A stretch of DNA of 64,000 nucleotides from Camelus dromedarius (taxonomy: Eukaryota): assembly GCF_036321535.1 (NCBI RefSeq), contig NC_087447.1:35466001-35530000 (forward strand), given 5' to 3'. Position numbers and translations under genes: made by a program. Below the pieces are notes generated by a model, which did no database searches, was not told the origin of the DNA, and saw nothing but the letters and a program-made list of their open reading frames with translations. Positions within the stretch are counted from its first letter, which is position 1; each line of letters starts with the position of its first letter. This document shows positions 49,280 to 63,059 of this stretch, piece after piece.

Positions 49280-50999
49280 TGCTAGTGGGGTAATAGGTAT
49301 GACATTAATGAGGAAAAAGAGGTACATAATGGCAGTACTGGGTGATGCTTGTGCTCTCTGCTCTTTTGGTCGTAGAGGCCCATATGGTGACTATTATCTG
49401 ACCAGGCTCTGGAAAGTCTTTTAATAATTAAGTAACAATAACAAGCAACAGTTGATGAGCACTTATTATGTGCCAGGCACTGTGCCAAGAGCTTTCTGCA
49501 GTTCCACTTAATTCTGATAAAAGTCCTACTGAAGTGGATACTGTGATTTTCTAGCTTGGCGTTTCCCATGTTAAGCAATTTGTAAGAGTCATCTGGTGTT
49601 GCTAAGAATACACATTTCTAGATCTCTACCCTGGTGATTTAATTTGGTAAGGCCCTGTTCCCCCACCACGCACCCATCCACCCGGTAATTCTTATGATCA
49701 GGTAAACCTGGAAATCTCTCCTCTAGGTAATCAGCTCTTCTCCTATTTCATCTATACCCAAGATAAATCTGCCGATTTCAAAGAAATACATATCAATATA
49801 ACACACTATGTTTGACACTAAAAGTTACACTAAGTCAAATTTTCCTTTGATGGTTCAGAAAACCCTTTAAGAGCTCTGGATGCCTGAGAGCGCTCATTTT
49901 GACCATCCCTTGATCGACTGAAAAGGTTCAGAAAGGCCAGGTGGTAGAGCATTTTATCTATTAGAAGGCCAAGGAAGCCCATGCCAACTGTATAATATTT
50001 GGCCCTCTTGAGGAAAAGTGTTTTGTTTGGAATCTTATTCTAGGAAACTGGTCTCCATTGCATCCAGATGGATTCTGTGATTCCACAGAATTTTAAGAAA
50101 AATGAAAAGAAAATGTTGTACTTACTTTTCTACAGACCAAAGCTTGTTTGTCCACACCAAGGCCAGCTGGCCAACCACTTGCTTGGAGCCCACCCCATCA
50201 CCGCATCAACAACCCCAGTACCTGCTGGTCTCCCTCACCTGGCCTGGGCCTTAGGTTCCTGTTTGGTTTTCCAGCCACTGACTTCTTTGCATAGGCTTTC
50301 CCATTTAGCCTGGGGTTTTGTGTTCCATATTTCACTGAAACTATGGCTAAGAGTGGAAAATAGGAAATGTTTCGAATTATATTTACAGTTGGAAACTCAC
50401 CAACCCCTTGCCATCTCTGGAGGGTCCTGTCTGCCTGAGTTGATGGGGATGGTGGAGTGGGACAGTGAGGTGTAGCAAGAGTGACATTGCCTGTTGAGTG
50501 CACCACATTTTAGCCATTCAGGAAAGACTGTTCTGAAACCAAAGAAAATTGAGACTTTCTTTAGTTCTCTTGATGCTAATATTGGTTACTTCTTAGGCCA
50601 GTTGAGGTAACAGCCCTCAGAATATCTTTCTGATGCTAATTGGAAAATTTTTTCAGTTTGTTGGAAGGAGCATTGGCCCAGGAGTCAGAAGAGGTAGGGA
50701 CTCAGGTCAGCTCTCCCTCTAATTTACTCAATGATTTTAGGCTATTTAGAAAAGCACCTCTCTGGATATCAGTTTTATCTTTAAAATGAGGAGATTGAGC
50801 TCAGTGGTCTCAGAATCAGCTTGGTATTCTGTGATCTTTTGATGACATGTTTATTACCAGGAACACGTGCCATCACCATAACTTGTCTCAAAATACAGTC
50901 AAATTCACCCACTCAACCAATACCTGTTGAACATCTAGTATATTTCAAGTACTTCCCTGTACACTGTGGGTGATGTGGCCATAGTTAAGCCATACTAAT

Positions 51000-52100
51000 C
51001 CATTCACTCACTCACTCATTCTTTCATTCATTCATACACAAGCATTTGTTTATTGAGCATCTATTATGTCCCAGCACCATGCAAAAAGCTGTGATACAAA
51101 GATGAATTAGACACAAGTTTCATTGTCAGGTAACATGCTTTCTTGAAGGGAGATAAGATGTGTACATAAATAAAACTGTTTGTAACCACTCTCTCTTTGT
51201 GAAGAGGACCTCTCCTTTGTTCTCCATCCCCTTACCCTACTTTTAATAGCATTTATCACCTGACCTTATATTATTTGCTTTGTATCTGTCTCCATGTTAG
51301 AATGTAAGCTTCATGAGAGCAGGGGCTTTGTTTTGATTGCTGTTCTATTCTCGTACCTAGACTAGCGCCTGACACAAAATGAACACTCAATAAAATCTTT
51401 TAAAAATAAAATATCTATAAAAGAGGCTAGAAATTGTGTGTCTGTATTTATATTTAGATAAAATGCTATGGGAGCTCATTGAGAGGAAAGATCACTTCTT
51501 ACTAGGACAGTGGTCTTTAAATCTGGTTGCACATTAGAAGCACCTTGGGAACTTAAAAAAAAATCAATTTCCTCAGATCCTAGTCCATATTGATTAAATC
51601 AGAAGCTCTGAGTGGCGATTGGACATCAGTAGTTTATAAGAGCTCCCCAGGTAATGATAATGGGTCACTAAAATAATGTGAAGTAGAATCATCAGAGAAA
51701 TCTTCGTGGACGAGGTAGGGTTTGAGATGGCTTGAAAATCTGGTAGGATTTGGATGAAAAGGAAGCATTCCAGAGGGAGTGCACAGCACAAACAAAGCAG
51801 AGGCAGGAATTACAGGCTGAGTTCAGCAATCAGAAGTAGTTCATTTGGGCTGGAGCCTAAAGAACACAAAGGGGAGTAATTGAAGCAACATTACAAAGGT
51901 TGGCTGGGGCCAGTGTGAGAAGGTCTTTGAATGCTAAGCCTTGAGATTTTGACTTCATCCGGTTTTACAGTTGCTGAGAATTGTGAATGGTTTTTTAATA
52001 GAAGTGATGTTGTCATCCCCTTGGAGAATGGCTTGGAAGCAGACAGGAAGACCAGTTAGGAGGTGGTGCCATGGTTCATGTAATGTGGGTTCAGTCTAGG
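51000..52100. mobile_element. Nested cluster: reverse L2 interrupted by a forward L2 3' end (about 51190-51400) and a MER5-type element (about 51508-51665)
   Basis: (TTCA)n plus tttattgagcatctattatg (reverse L2 tail); tagaatgtaagcttcatgagagcagggg...cactcaataaa (forward L2 tail); cagtggtctttaaatctggttgcacattagaagcacc (MER5). Confidence 0.7.
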
Positions 52101-53409
52101 GCTGTGCCACTGGTGTTGGAGAGAGGGGCTGAGGTAGAGCTAGGTTGCAAGACCTGCCCACCCTCCAGGGGCACTTTGGTGGCACTTGGTAGAATCACTG
52201 GCATTGCAGTGATCAGTGCCTTTTGTTGAAGCCAGGGGAGTCAGGTTCCACTGGCATCCCTAGCCCAGTTTTTCCCATGCATGACTGATGAACTCATAGT
52301 GCAGCTAGGCTTCCTTCCTGAAATGATAGACCATTTTATCTAGAGAAGCATTTCTACAGGTGGAACTCAGTACCATGCCAAGCTACCTTTGAGACAGAGG
52401 TTTCTGTTATTTTAATACAACAGTGTGTGTCTTTGCTTTATCTCTGACTAATTCCAGCACTATGGACACCATGGGTTTTGGCTATCGGTATCTGGAGCTG
52501 CTGATTTCTTAAGCTCTGGGTATACTGAGGACATCCTGTCTCCAATAAGACAGCTTCGAGCAAGGACCGGGAACCATGGACCAGTGGGTATATTTCCAGT
52601 AGCCTCATAGCAGAATGTTCATCGAGAAAGAGCTGAAGTTTCTGGGGCACAGGACATCTGCATAGGCAAGGGCACCATATGTGTGTGGGGATTGGGGAAA
52701 GCAGGGTTGGTGGAGGGAGGATGGCGATTGGGTCTAGTTTGCTGATACAGGCTTGTGCAGAGAGGACCGCCTGCCCTTGGCCAGATGCTGCCAGTAGCTG
52801 GTGCATCCCCAGGGTCATATACTACTCAAAAGGACAGGCAAGCAAGAGCTGCTGGTGCAGACATTTTCCCCTCCCCTGTATCTGTTTTGCCAGGGCTGAC
52901 CTTATTCACAGTCAGTTACAGAATGTCCGTCCCTCAGACATACACAGACTTTACAGTTTGCAAGGAGTTTTCACACCCTTTATCTCATTGGACTCTCACA
53001 ACAGTCCTGTGAATTAATTAGGAATTAATTAATTAATTAGTTGTTGATCCATTTTACTGATGAGAAAACTGGGGCTAGGATGGGATTAGGTAGCTTATTC
53101 TGAAGTCATGTAGATATAAAGCATAAAGTCTTGGACGTGTTTATATAGGATCCAAGAAGCCAGTAGTTAGGGCTATTTTAGATGGAATTTATTCACATTG
53201 CAGTAGAAGAAGTTACATTTTGGCTCCTTCATTAACTCAGTGGGTAACTTTAGGCAAGTCCTTTATTGTGCATCTCATTTTTGTCAGCTATAAATTAGGA
53301 ATCCTAGTATTTAGTAGGATTATTTGAGGGTTAAAATCATCATTTATTAAGAAAGTGTTCAGTACAGTGCCTGGCATACATTAGATGTTCAATTAGTTCC
53401 TTTTTAAAA

Positions 53410-53600
53410 AAACTTTTCTCTTGAAATAGTTACAGACTCACAAGAACTTGTAAAAATAGTACAGAGAATCCTGTGAACTCTTCACCCAGCTTCCCCCAAT
53501 GGTAGAATCTTAGTAGTAACAGTTCAGTATCAAAACTAGGAAACTGACATGGGTACAATACCTATTGTTAACTAGACTACAAACTTTATTCAGATTCAGG
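53410..53600 (-). mobile_element. Old L1 (L1MC/L1ME-type) 3' end
   Basis: ttgaaatagttacagactcacaagaacttgtaaaaatagtacagag...cttcacccagcttcccccaatgg...aactaggaaactgacatgggtacaat. Confidence 0.7.
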
Positions 53601-53640
53601 TTATTCTTTTCAGATAAAAATTAGGCTAGATTATTGTTGA

Positions 53641-53641
53641 G

Positions 53642-53694
<53 letters not shown>
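53641..53694 (+). repeat. (GTT)18 perfect trinucleotide microsatellite
   Basis: 54 nt of uninterrupted GTT, counted directly. Confidence 0.97.
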
Positions 53695-54134
53695 AAATGC
53701 TATATACAGTGTCTTCATTGTCCTTGACTTTTCTGTGGCATCTGACTTTCTAGAAACTTTCTTCCTTTTGGTTTTCTCATAGCACTGTGCATCTCTCAGT
53801 ATCTTCTCACACCTTCTTTGTCCCTTTCACTGTCTTCATGTCCTATATACAGTGTGTCTCCCAGATTCAGTTCTTAGCACCTGCTCTTCCCTGTGGGTTT
53901 TTTTTCCCTCAAAGTGGAATCTTTCATCTTTACTTGAGGAATGTGAAACCAGTATTCCCACCTCCAGGAGCCAAGCCCCTCTCCAGTTCCCTGTTTCTGG
54001 CTATTTGCTGAATATAAGCTCTCACTCATCATATGCAAAAACTAAACTTGTCGTTATTTAAATCCCATACAGGTGCCCTGCTTCCTCTCCACCTGACTTC
54101 CCTGTTTATCAGTGAGTCATCTCACTGAGCTGGA

Positions 54135-54352
54135 TGAGGAAGCTTTTGGGGATGGATATGTTCACTATCTTGATGGTGGTGAGGGTTTTGCTGGGTTTAT
54201 ACATATGTCAAAACTTACCAGATTGTACGTATTAACTATGAATATGCCAATTAATAAAGCTGTGAAAGAATGAAAGAAAGAAAGAAAAGGAAAAGAAGAA
54301 GGAAAAAGAAAGAGAGAAAAGAGAACGAGAAAGGAAATAAGAAAGAAAGAAA
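54135..54352 (+). mobile_element. L1 3' end followed by a purine-rich (GAAA-type) decayed tail
   Basis: ttttggggatggatatgttcactatcttgatggtggtga...aattaataaagctg, then about 90 nt of almost pure A/G. Confidence 0.7.
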
Positions 54353-54354
54353 AC

Positions 54355-54560
54355 TGTTCTGAGCCAGGTAGCCTAGGTCTGAGTGCTGGCTCTGTCACTC
54401 TGGTGAGTTACCCAACTTCTCTGCACCTCATTGCCTCATCTGTAAAATGAGGGTAATAAAAATAACTTACTATGTAAGATTTTTGGGAGGATTGAGTTAG
54501 TTCAGGTAAAGTGCTTAAAACTACCTGTCACATGTCAAGCTCTCCAAGTGTTTGTTGTTG
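54355..54560 (+). mobile_element. MIR SINE
   Basis: gagccaggtagcctaggtctgagtgctggctctgtcact...cctcatctgtaaaatgagggtaataa...taaagtgcttaaaac. Confidence 0.8.
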
Positions 54561-56007
54561 TTGTGTGTTATTCATCTCAGGTTCGCAGTGTCTAGCACAG
54601 AGTTGGTGTTCAGTGAATGTTTACTGACTGACTGAATGAATCCTGAAGTACTATTTTCATTCCCGTTTTTGTCCAAATATTGTTGCTTCTTGAAGGCCCA
54701 GCTTAGATGCTACCTGCTTGATTAAGTCTCCACCCACCTGAGCCCACAAGGCCCTCCTGTCCCTACCCACCTCCCCCCCGCACACTGATGCTTTGTTTTA
54801 GTGCGTTGGGTGCTGATTCACAGCCAGACTTTTTGTCTTGTCTTTTTTTTTTCCCCCAAAGTGGCTTCATGTATATATCTTTCCTCTCCATATACATTGG
54901 ACATCTGAGAGCATGTGTCATTTGTTTTTTTTTTCCTATGTCCCCTTTGTCTATGCTGAGTATACAGTAGGTGACACTCCATTCGTTACAGTTGTGGTTC
55001 TGGCTTATGCTCTATATGAGTCTGATAGTGCAGTGATACCTTAGCTGTATCATCAATAAGACATCCCAACTGTGACAGTCACTCACACAAAGTAACACAT
55101 TATTCTGTGCCATCCCTGCTGGGCTCTGATCTAGCTCACAAGTTCATCCTTATTAGTGACATTCTTTTGGATTAAGCATTGTTCTTTCCAGCAGCATCTC
55201 CCACTGGAAATGGTAACATATTGGGTCCCTCACATCTTGGAATACATTCATTTATCAGCATGCGTTCCAACCCTTCACAAGGAATCTGAAACAACTTATA
55301 AGCACCAGATAGATGCCTTGGGACAGAAAAAACACAGCTTCTGGTCAACATTCATGATAATAGATGGCCAATGACTTTGTTACTTTCCTTTACAAAGTAT
55401 GGTATATCTCATATGTTCCTTTAAAGAATTCTATGAAATGGGTATTATGTTCCCATTTTACCAGTAAAGAACCTAAAATTCCTAGAGAAAAAAAAAAGGC
55501 TTGGCTTGCCCAAGGTCACAGAGCTAGTAGGTGGGGGACCCACCTAATTCCAAACCCTTTTCTTTTTCCATGGTACCCCTGGCTTCTTCTGTTAGTATTT
55601 TTGGTCTGCCTAGGCTTGTTCTGGCTTTAGCTCTAGGCTTTTTCTGTGATTACAAGCTAAACTATTGTTTTTCTCTCTGCTGCTTCCCTGTCTTTCTAGT
55701 CGTGAGAGAGTTCTATAGACTCCAGCAGGAAGAAGTTTATTCCTCTCGGACCCCAAGATTCTTCTTTGACTTCCCACACTGGCTGTGGAGTTTAATCCAT
55801 CTCCCTTGGCTAGAGCTCCCACTGGGCTCTGCCTTGATTTAGCCCACTGCAAAGTTTACCCTTGTTCTGATCCTTAGACCCTGCTTTGTTCTTATCTTTT
55901 TTTCTCCTAACCTGTCCCATATTTCTCATGGTTCTTCCTGTCAATCTTGCTTCTTTGGTAGACTAAGACTTCTCTTCCTATCAGGAAGGCTGTTTCCTGC
56001 ATTTATT

Positions 56008-56750
56008 TTTTCATTCATTCACTCACTCATCAACCATTTCCTGAATACCAATGTCAAGCACTTTATTTAGGCACTAGGGGTTCCAAGATGTTGAAACATG
56101 ATTGAGGAGACCATGAAGAATTAGGAGCATTTATAATTTAATGGTAATGGTTGTGAAGGCATAACCAAAAGTTTTTGTGTGTGCATAGGAAGAGGGACAT
56201 GTGATCTGGATTTGAGGGTGGGGGCCAGAGACGTTTTCTTGGGAGAGATCATGTCTGAACTAAGTCCTGAGGGATGGATTGAAGTTGGCTTAGAGTGAAT
56301 GAGTGGTGGTGGTGGAATTGTGGGAAGGACAGAGTGCCAGTCAGAAAGACCTATTTGTATAAGGACCCAGGGCTTCATGTTTAGGGAACTGCCAGCACTT
56401 TGGCCAGACTGGAGCAGAGATTGTGGGGATGATGTGGGATGAGGCAGGAGAGGTAATCTGGAACCAGATTGCACAGGGCTCTTATTCTGTTCTGATGGTG
56501 ATGAGGGGGTCATAGATCTCAAGTAGAGGAGTGACTTGTTAAGAACAGCGTTTTAGAGTGTGGTGGCAAGGTGAGGGATGGATTAAAGAGAGACAGAGAT
56601 AAGAGATGAGTCAGAAGACAGTGGCAGTGATTGAGGCTTGAGTTGATGAGAACTTGAACTAAGGTTATGGCAGCAATAATGAAGAGAAGCAAATGGATTC
56701 AAAGTATACGGGAGGCGGAGTTTCTAGGGCTACTAGCTGATTAGCTGTCC
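56008..56750 (-). mobile_element. L2 LINE fragment
   Basis: ttcattcattcactcactcatc tail; ...ggaaccagattgcacagggct...caagtagaggagtgac...gaacttgaactaaggttatggcag. Confidence 0.7.
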
Positions 56751-59720
56751 ATACAGTTGAGAGGATGCGTGCTCTTTTGTCTCACCCTTGCATGTATCTG
56801 CCTTGCTTTCTCCTTCCTGCAGTCCCTGTTTACTGTCAGAAGAGAGACCTGATGTTTGTTTCCTAATTGGCTCTGTTTACCCATCCCCCTTCCCTTTCCC
56901 CTATTCTCCCTGCAAGGTCCTTCTTCTGGCTAACCCTGCCTTTATCCTCTGCTGATCAATGTCCAGGGCATTCTTTCTCTTGGCATTTGGAAACTTGAGT
57001 GACACTTCAGGTCAACCAAGTGGCATCATTCAGGTTTCCCTCTAGGTTACCCTCATTCCCTGGATAGTGGCATCCTTTCCCAAGAATATACCTGAGGAGG
57101 AGTGAGATAAAAGGCAACATTATTTGCTGAGTTACCACTAAAGGAGGAAAAGGCAAGTATCCCTCCTGCATTTTTAGAACAGAAAATCTTTAAACACTGA
57201 AGAGAACATGTAACTGATTCCCATCGAGAGAAGAAGAAGCCCAGTGTGGGCAAATTGAAATGATCCAGACTGGTGACATTCAGAACTGTCCTCTCCATGG
57301 TTGTGCTGACCAGCTTCATCCCTTATGGCACAGAATAGAGCATTCACATCAGAAGGGGCCTTGGACATCATCCAGCTCATCATCTTTATTTTGCAGAAGA
57401 GAACTTTGAAGTCTCTAGGGGTGGTGTGGTTTGCCCCAGGTCACAATTGGCTAGTAGCAGGACCAGGATTGAGGCTCTCGAGTTCTTCAGTTCTTGTTTC
57501 ACTAGCCCCGTGAAAGTACAGGGTTTTTTTCCCCGTAAGTTTGACAGTTTGACTTGGGGGCTGTTTTAAGTGACAGTCTAGTTTGATAGTTCCCCCCTCC
57601 CCTCCTCACTTTCCCAAGGCATTGGAAATAGCTTGTCCAAGGTCACAGGGTGAGTACAGAATAGAGGGGCCTCCAGACTTGTACTCACTCTAGTGCTCTT
57701 TCCAGCACAGTCCAAGGTCTCACCCAGGGCCCAAGACTTGGACAGCTTGGCTCCAAGGACACTGAAAAGAATCATTCTTCAAATGCATCACAACCACAGT
57801 CAGTTTCATCAGATCCAAAATACATGATTTCCTTCTTTTTTCTTTTTTCCTGGAGTATATTTTTTTTCTTATTTGATAAAAGTGTATGGCTGTGGAAATT
57901 ACGTCAGTTTAATTAGGCTGCTTGACACAGTACTTTTCCACTGAATTTACTAGGAACTGTGAATTTGTTGTAGCAAACTGCACTGCAGGCTGCAGTATCT
58001 GATTGGCATGCCAGGAACATCACTAGTGAACAGCTAAATAGAGACTGGGGAGAAAACTGGGTCAGGAAACAGGCCTCCTATACCTGCAGTGGCTGCGGAA
58101 GGCAGCGCAGAGGCGGCAGGTGGCCACAGCATGGCACTGTCTCCCAGAGCCTGAGCCACCGAGCACCCCGCCCCCCAAGCTCGGAGCCGCAGCGCCCCCC
58201 ACCTCCTTTGCAGGTGATTATTCCTATGGCCATTTTGCCTTCTGTTTCTCTATAGACCTCAAAGCTGTTATACCTGGAAGCTCAGGAATGGCTTTTTCTC
58301 AGTTAAAAAGCCAAAGATTGGTTCAGTAGAATCTTCATCAGCCTCTGGTATTCTACACCATGGAGCAAAGTCTTCTGGCTTTCCAGAGCTGGGTTTGGCA
58401 GGGGGCTGGGGTTGGGTTTGAGAGTCCTACACAGTGATGAGGAAGGGCTCAGTAATGTTTCCATTTGCCTCTCTCCCCGTTTCTCTTTCTTTCCCCCTCT
58501 CCCCTAGATATTATCAAATCCATCTCTGAAAGTTTCAGTGCTGAGCAAAGACAAATCTGGGCTCCTGGAAGGACGAGTGAATAATTATGCCAGAGGGGTC
58601 AGGGCAAGCTTCTTGAAAGCAGTGATATTCAAGCTAGACTTTGAGCAGTGAATTGGGTCAAGACAGGAGGAAATGAGGAGAGGATGCTGGTGGCCACCCA
58701 TGATGGTCTCAGGACTGCCTTGTAGAGGCTGGAGACCTCCGCAGTCATTTGGGGCTAGAATCTATCTCAGCCTGTTGGAGCTGACTGGGATCCCAAGGAT
58801 CTGCTCATCTAGGCTCCTTATTTTATAGATGGGCAAATGAAGGCACAGAGAGAAAGGGGCTAGAAGATGGACCAGCCCAGTGCTGTTATAACTGCACTAT
58901 GCCCAGTCATGCACTTGTCCTCATTTCTGATGGGGTGCTAAGAACATCCACTCTTCCTTCTGGATTTCGCTCCTAATCATTGTCTTTTTGTTCCCATCAC
59001 ATGAACTCAGAGATGCCCAATGTCTCCACCTGTGACTTGCCCATTAGGGAGGAACTTGGGTCCCACTGCCATTGGGTCACTGGGATCCTTGCTAGATAGC
59101 TGTATCCCTTTCCTTCCTCAGGCCAAGCCAGATCAGGCCAATACTGCTTTTTCAGTAGGGCTGGTGCCGCCTCAAGAATGCTTGGTAGGAATGGGTCTTG
59201 CCTCAAAGCAAGGGCTCAACTTTTCACAGTCAGAAAAGCTGAATGTGGCAGGAATCCAGGCCATTGTACATTTATGTTATTCTATGAGAAAATTGGGCTT
59301 ATTTTGCCTGAAAATTATTTTCAATAAAGTATACTGAAATTTACTTTAAAGACAACTTTTGCTGGACCACTTTAATTCTGTACAGCATCTCTTTCCTTTC
59401 TCAGGAGAAATCAGAGGGTGGGAATAAAACAGTCCCTCTAGTATCTTTTGGATACTGGGATCTTTTGGATGGTCTCAATTCAGTATGAGGAATTCTGTCT
59501 TCAGACCAAGTGTTGATGTTACAATTGAAGTACAGAAATGTGTACCAATTTTGGATAAATGCACCAAAGTTTGCTGATCGATGATCCATTTGTGCAGGAT
59601 CTTTCAAAGCCAACTTCAAGACCAACATGTTTTGGAAGACAGTTGATAATTCAAATGTCAGGTCGTTTCTGGCTTGAGCTAAGTGGCGTGAACAAACAAG
59701 TCCATTAGAATAGTCATCAG

Positions 59721-59831
59721 GCAGGGAGGTGGGTATAGCTCAGTGGTAGAGCCCATGCTTAGCATGTATGAGGTCCTGGGTTCAATCCCCAGTACCTCCA
59801 CTGAAAAATAAAAATAAAGTATTAAAGCAAA
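59721..59831 (+). mobile_element. tRNA-Ala-derived SINE (Vic-1-like, camelid) with a perfect 14-bp TSD
   Basis: GGGTATAGCTCAGTGGTAGAGCCCATGCTTAGCATGTATGAGGTCCTGGGTTCAATCCCCAGTACCTCC plus an A-rich tail. TSD agaatagtcatcag at 59707-59720 and 59832-59845. Confidence 0.9.
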
Positions 59832-62800
59832 AGAATAGTCATCAGACATTCTGGCTGTGAAGATCAGACTTTGATGGCCCTGGTAGTCATGTAGCCAGAA
59901 TAGATCCAGTCCTCCTCAAATCAGAGGTTCCTTTATTTTATTTTACTTTATCTTATTTTATTTTAGGTCAGAGCAGGTGGTTTTAAATGCCTCTAAATAA
60001 TTTCCCTGGCCTTGGAAGGTTATATTCATTTGCAAATTAGTAGGCCTTGCATCCAATTGGTATTTGCTGAGAGAAAGAATGGGAGAGAGGGAAGGGAGGG
60101 AAGGAAAGAACTGCTTCTTGATACTTGGCAGGTTTCCACCCAGAGGCTGACACATTCATAGAAATTTCCATATATTCTCATTTTGGGGTCATACTAGGAC
60201 TTGTCACTAGAGTGAACATCATCTGAACATTCATAGAAGTAGTTGGAAGAGACAGAAAAGCTGGAGAGAGATTGTAATTTGAAGTTTGTCAGGAGCCACC
60301 TATCTTTCCTAACGCGGTTACATAAAGGAAGCGAAAGGCAAGGCTGTAGTCACAGTGGAACGCCAGGCAGGCTCAGTGTGGCCTGGTGGAGGCCCTCTGG
60401 GTGGTCTTTCCTGAGCTTGTCCACCCCTAGCCACAGCCTCTTTGGTCATGGACACTCAAGAATGGTCCTTAGTCCCTCATCATTCGTGTTTAGCTGTTGC
60501 CAAGGGCAGCTTGGAGAGCCCAGGCTCTTCTCCTTGCCGACCCGGCGCTGCTCCACCAGTTCAGGCGGTGGCCCATGCTCCCATTTTCAGCCTTGGCAAT
60601 GCTTTTCTGTTTCTTGGAGCCCTCATTAGCCCTCTCTAAGGAAGAAAGGGTATGAGACACAAAACCAGTACAAGGTCTAGTGCAGTGGGCTTCTTACATT
60701 TTCTCCTCTTCCCTCTGACACTTCCCAGAACGTCCTCCCCTGGCCCTAGATACCCGCCCTCTATTCTGGATGTAGAGCAGATGTGGGCTGGCTGCTCTGG
60801 TGCTTAATGGTCATGACTTCAAAGCTTGTAAAGCTGATGTGGAGGAGAGATTGTTCACTGCTAATAGCTGCTGTTTTGTCCCTTAAGACCATCCATAGGG
60901 CATGGAGATTCCCTTTCCTTCTCTCTCTGTGGCTATCCCTTCCCTACTTTGGTGACTCCCCGATTCTGGTGCTGGTTAGGAAGCCCAGACAGCTTCAGCA
61001 TGCCTCTTCCTTCCTTTCATATCTGTCCATTCAATTATCAAACCCTGTGATTTCACCCTGCAATGTCCCTCATATCTCTCCCCATCTTCTCACCTCTTTT
61101 GTCACCTGAATGATTGCAAATAAGCTTTTCTTCTCAAATCTCTGCTCTAGAAACATCTGCCCTGGTTGCAGCCTTCAAAATGTCAGCTTCTACTGCTTGC
61201 TGTCCAGGCCCCTCATCATTTACTTCTTTGCATCTCAGACTCTTGTATTAAATGTTCTTTAAATGTTCTATGATCCATCCAGAACAACCTTGTCAGAACA
61301 GAGGGGGAAGAAGCAAATATCTATCTTCCTTCTTGCCATTTCTCTCAGATGAATGAATTAAATATTTTTATTGCCTTGAAGATTAATTACCTTTTGTCGC
61401 TGGGCCAGCTTAATATTCTCACTGTATCTTCTTGTCGCTGGGACCTGACAGCTGGAATTTCTGCCCCGACTCTAAACCTATGCTTTTGCCAGGTCTCTCA
61501 GCATCTCCATATGATGTGGGCTTTTGCAGCGAGTCACAGTCCAGGGGTACAGAGAGATTGGAGTTTGACCTGCAGGATTTAGATTAAGCACTGTATCATA
61601 GATCTTAGACCTGAGAGACCTTCTGAAATCTTCTGGTCCTTTCTGGCACATGAGATACTGTTATTGCACTTAACAAATAAAACACCTGAGACCCAGAGAG
61701 TTTAAGTGACTAAGCCATGGTCACCCAGCTCATAAATTGTGAACCTAACGTCAGACTAGACCTTAGGCTGTAAATATATTTTATCTTCTCCATGTAAGCC
61801 AGCTCTTTATTTGGAGAGGGCACCAACTCTCTGAATTTCTCTTTGCAAATAAAACAATACGGGACGCTCTTTTGGCAGTACTATGCCTCGTCAGTGTGAG
61901 GAAGGAAAGGCAGCCTGGAAGTGATCGCCTCCCGGACACTTGATGTCTGGTGGATAGGCAGACATCCTCTGTCCCTTGTTTCCCAGAGAGCTCAAGGGGT
62001 CAGCCTGTGAGACACTTGGCCCTGCATAATTCTTGTTCAGTGAATCTTTGTAGGCCCTCGTGCACAAAAGGAGGTTTTTGTTTGTTTCTAAAGTGGTTTC
62101 TCAGTCCCATAGGCCCACCAAGCACTACTTCCTCATCTCTGCCTGTTTCTACCTCAAACCAAAAAGGTAAACTCGTGTTCCTTCTGCATGTGCTGCTCCC
62201 CCTATGCCCTCCCCACCTCCCAGCTCTCTCTCAATTCTCCTGGGTGCTCTTCTGTTCTCCTGATTACCCAGGCTCGGAGTCCTCTGTGAGTCAGCTTGAT
62301 GAGAGTCCTTCAGTCATTTAGTCTTGTCAGCACTCACCAACCCTGTCATTTCTTCCCTTGGACATGCCTCTTAAATCCAACTGTTCCTCCTGCTCCCTTG
62401 GGGCTGCCCTCCGCCACCGCCAGGTGGCTGTGCCCTCTTTCCTGGATCACTGCATCAGCCTCTTAGTGATCTCCTGGTCCTTTGTCCTTCATCCATCATT
62501 CAGACTGGTAAACTCTAAACACTGCCCCACTTTTGAGCTTAAAACTCCCCAAAGCTATCATTTCATATCCCCAAAACCAAACATTTCAGCTCTTTTCATA
62601 ATCTGACCCTCCATCCCCAGTATGGGTTGTTCATGCCAGTCAGACTGGACTGCTTATGTCTCCTACATATTTAGTGATTCTTTTCTCATTTTTTTCCCTC
62701 CATTCCCCTCTCCCTCCTTCACTGAAAAAATACAATAACAGTTCTTTGCAAACTATAAAGCATGCAAGGTTTTATTAGTTCAGCAAGTACTGCTGTGTGA

Positions 62801-63059
62801 AAGGGAAGAAAGGGGTTTTGGATTTGGTGATTTACCTACTGCGTGCTGATGACTTCCTATATTATCTTTTTAATCCTCTTGATATTCCTGTAAGTTAGCT
62901 TGGGTTATGTTCATATTATAAATGTGGAAACTGAGGCCCCGAGAAAAAAACCACATTCTCTTCCATTATTTTGCAGACCTGGTGCTAGAGGCAGAGTGGT
63001 GGGTACCTCTAGGCAGAAGGGTTATGACGTGCACACAAACATCATGGAAGAAAATGCCC

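Noticed and set aside
59440..59690. Coding-looking stretch as a possible processed pseudogene
   Set aside because: The frames I translated gave no recognisable protein, and no poly-A or TSD was seen. BLASTX would settle it.
61470..61545. ttttgccAG|GTCTCT as the next SERGEF exon (expected to start with Val-Ser)
   Set aside because: It translates VSQHLHMM..., not the expected RCC1-type VSCGSEH..., and has no good donor at the expected short distance.
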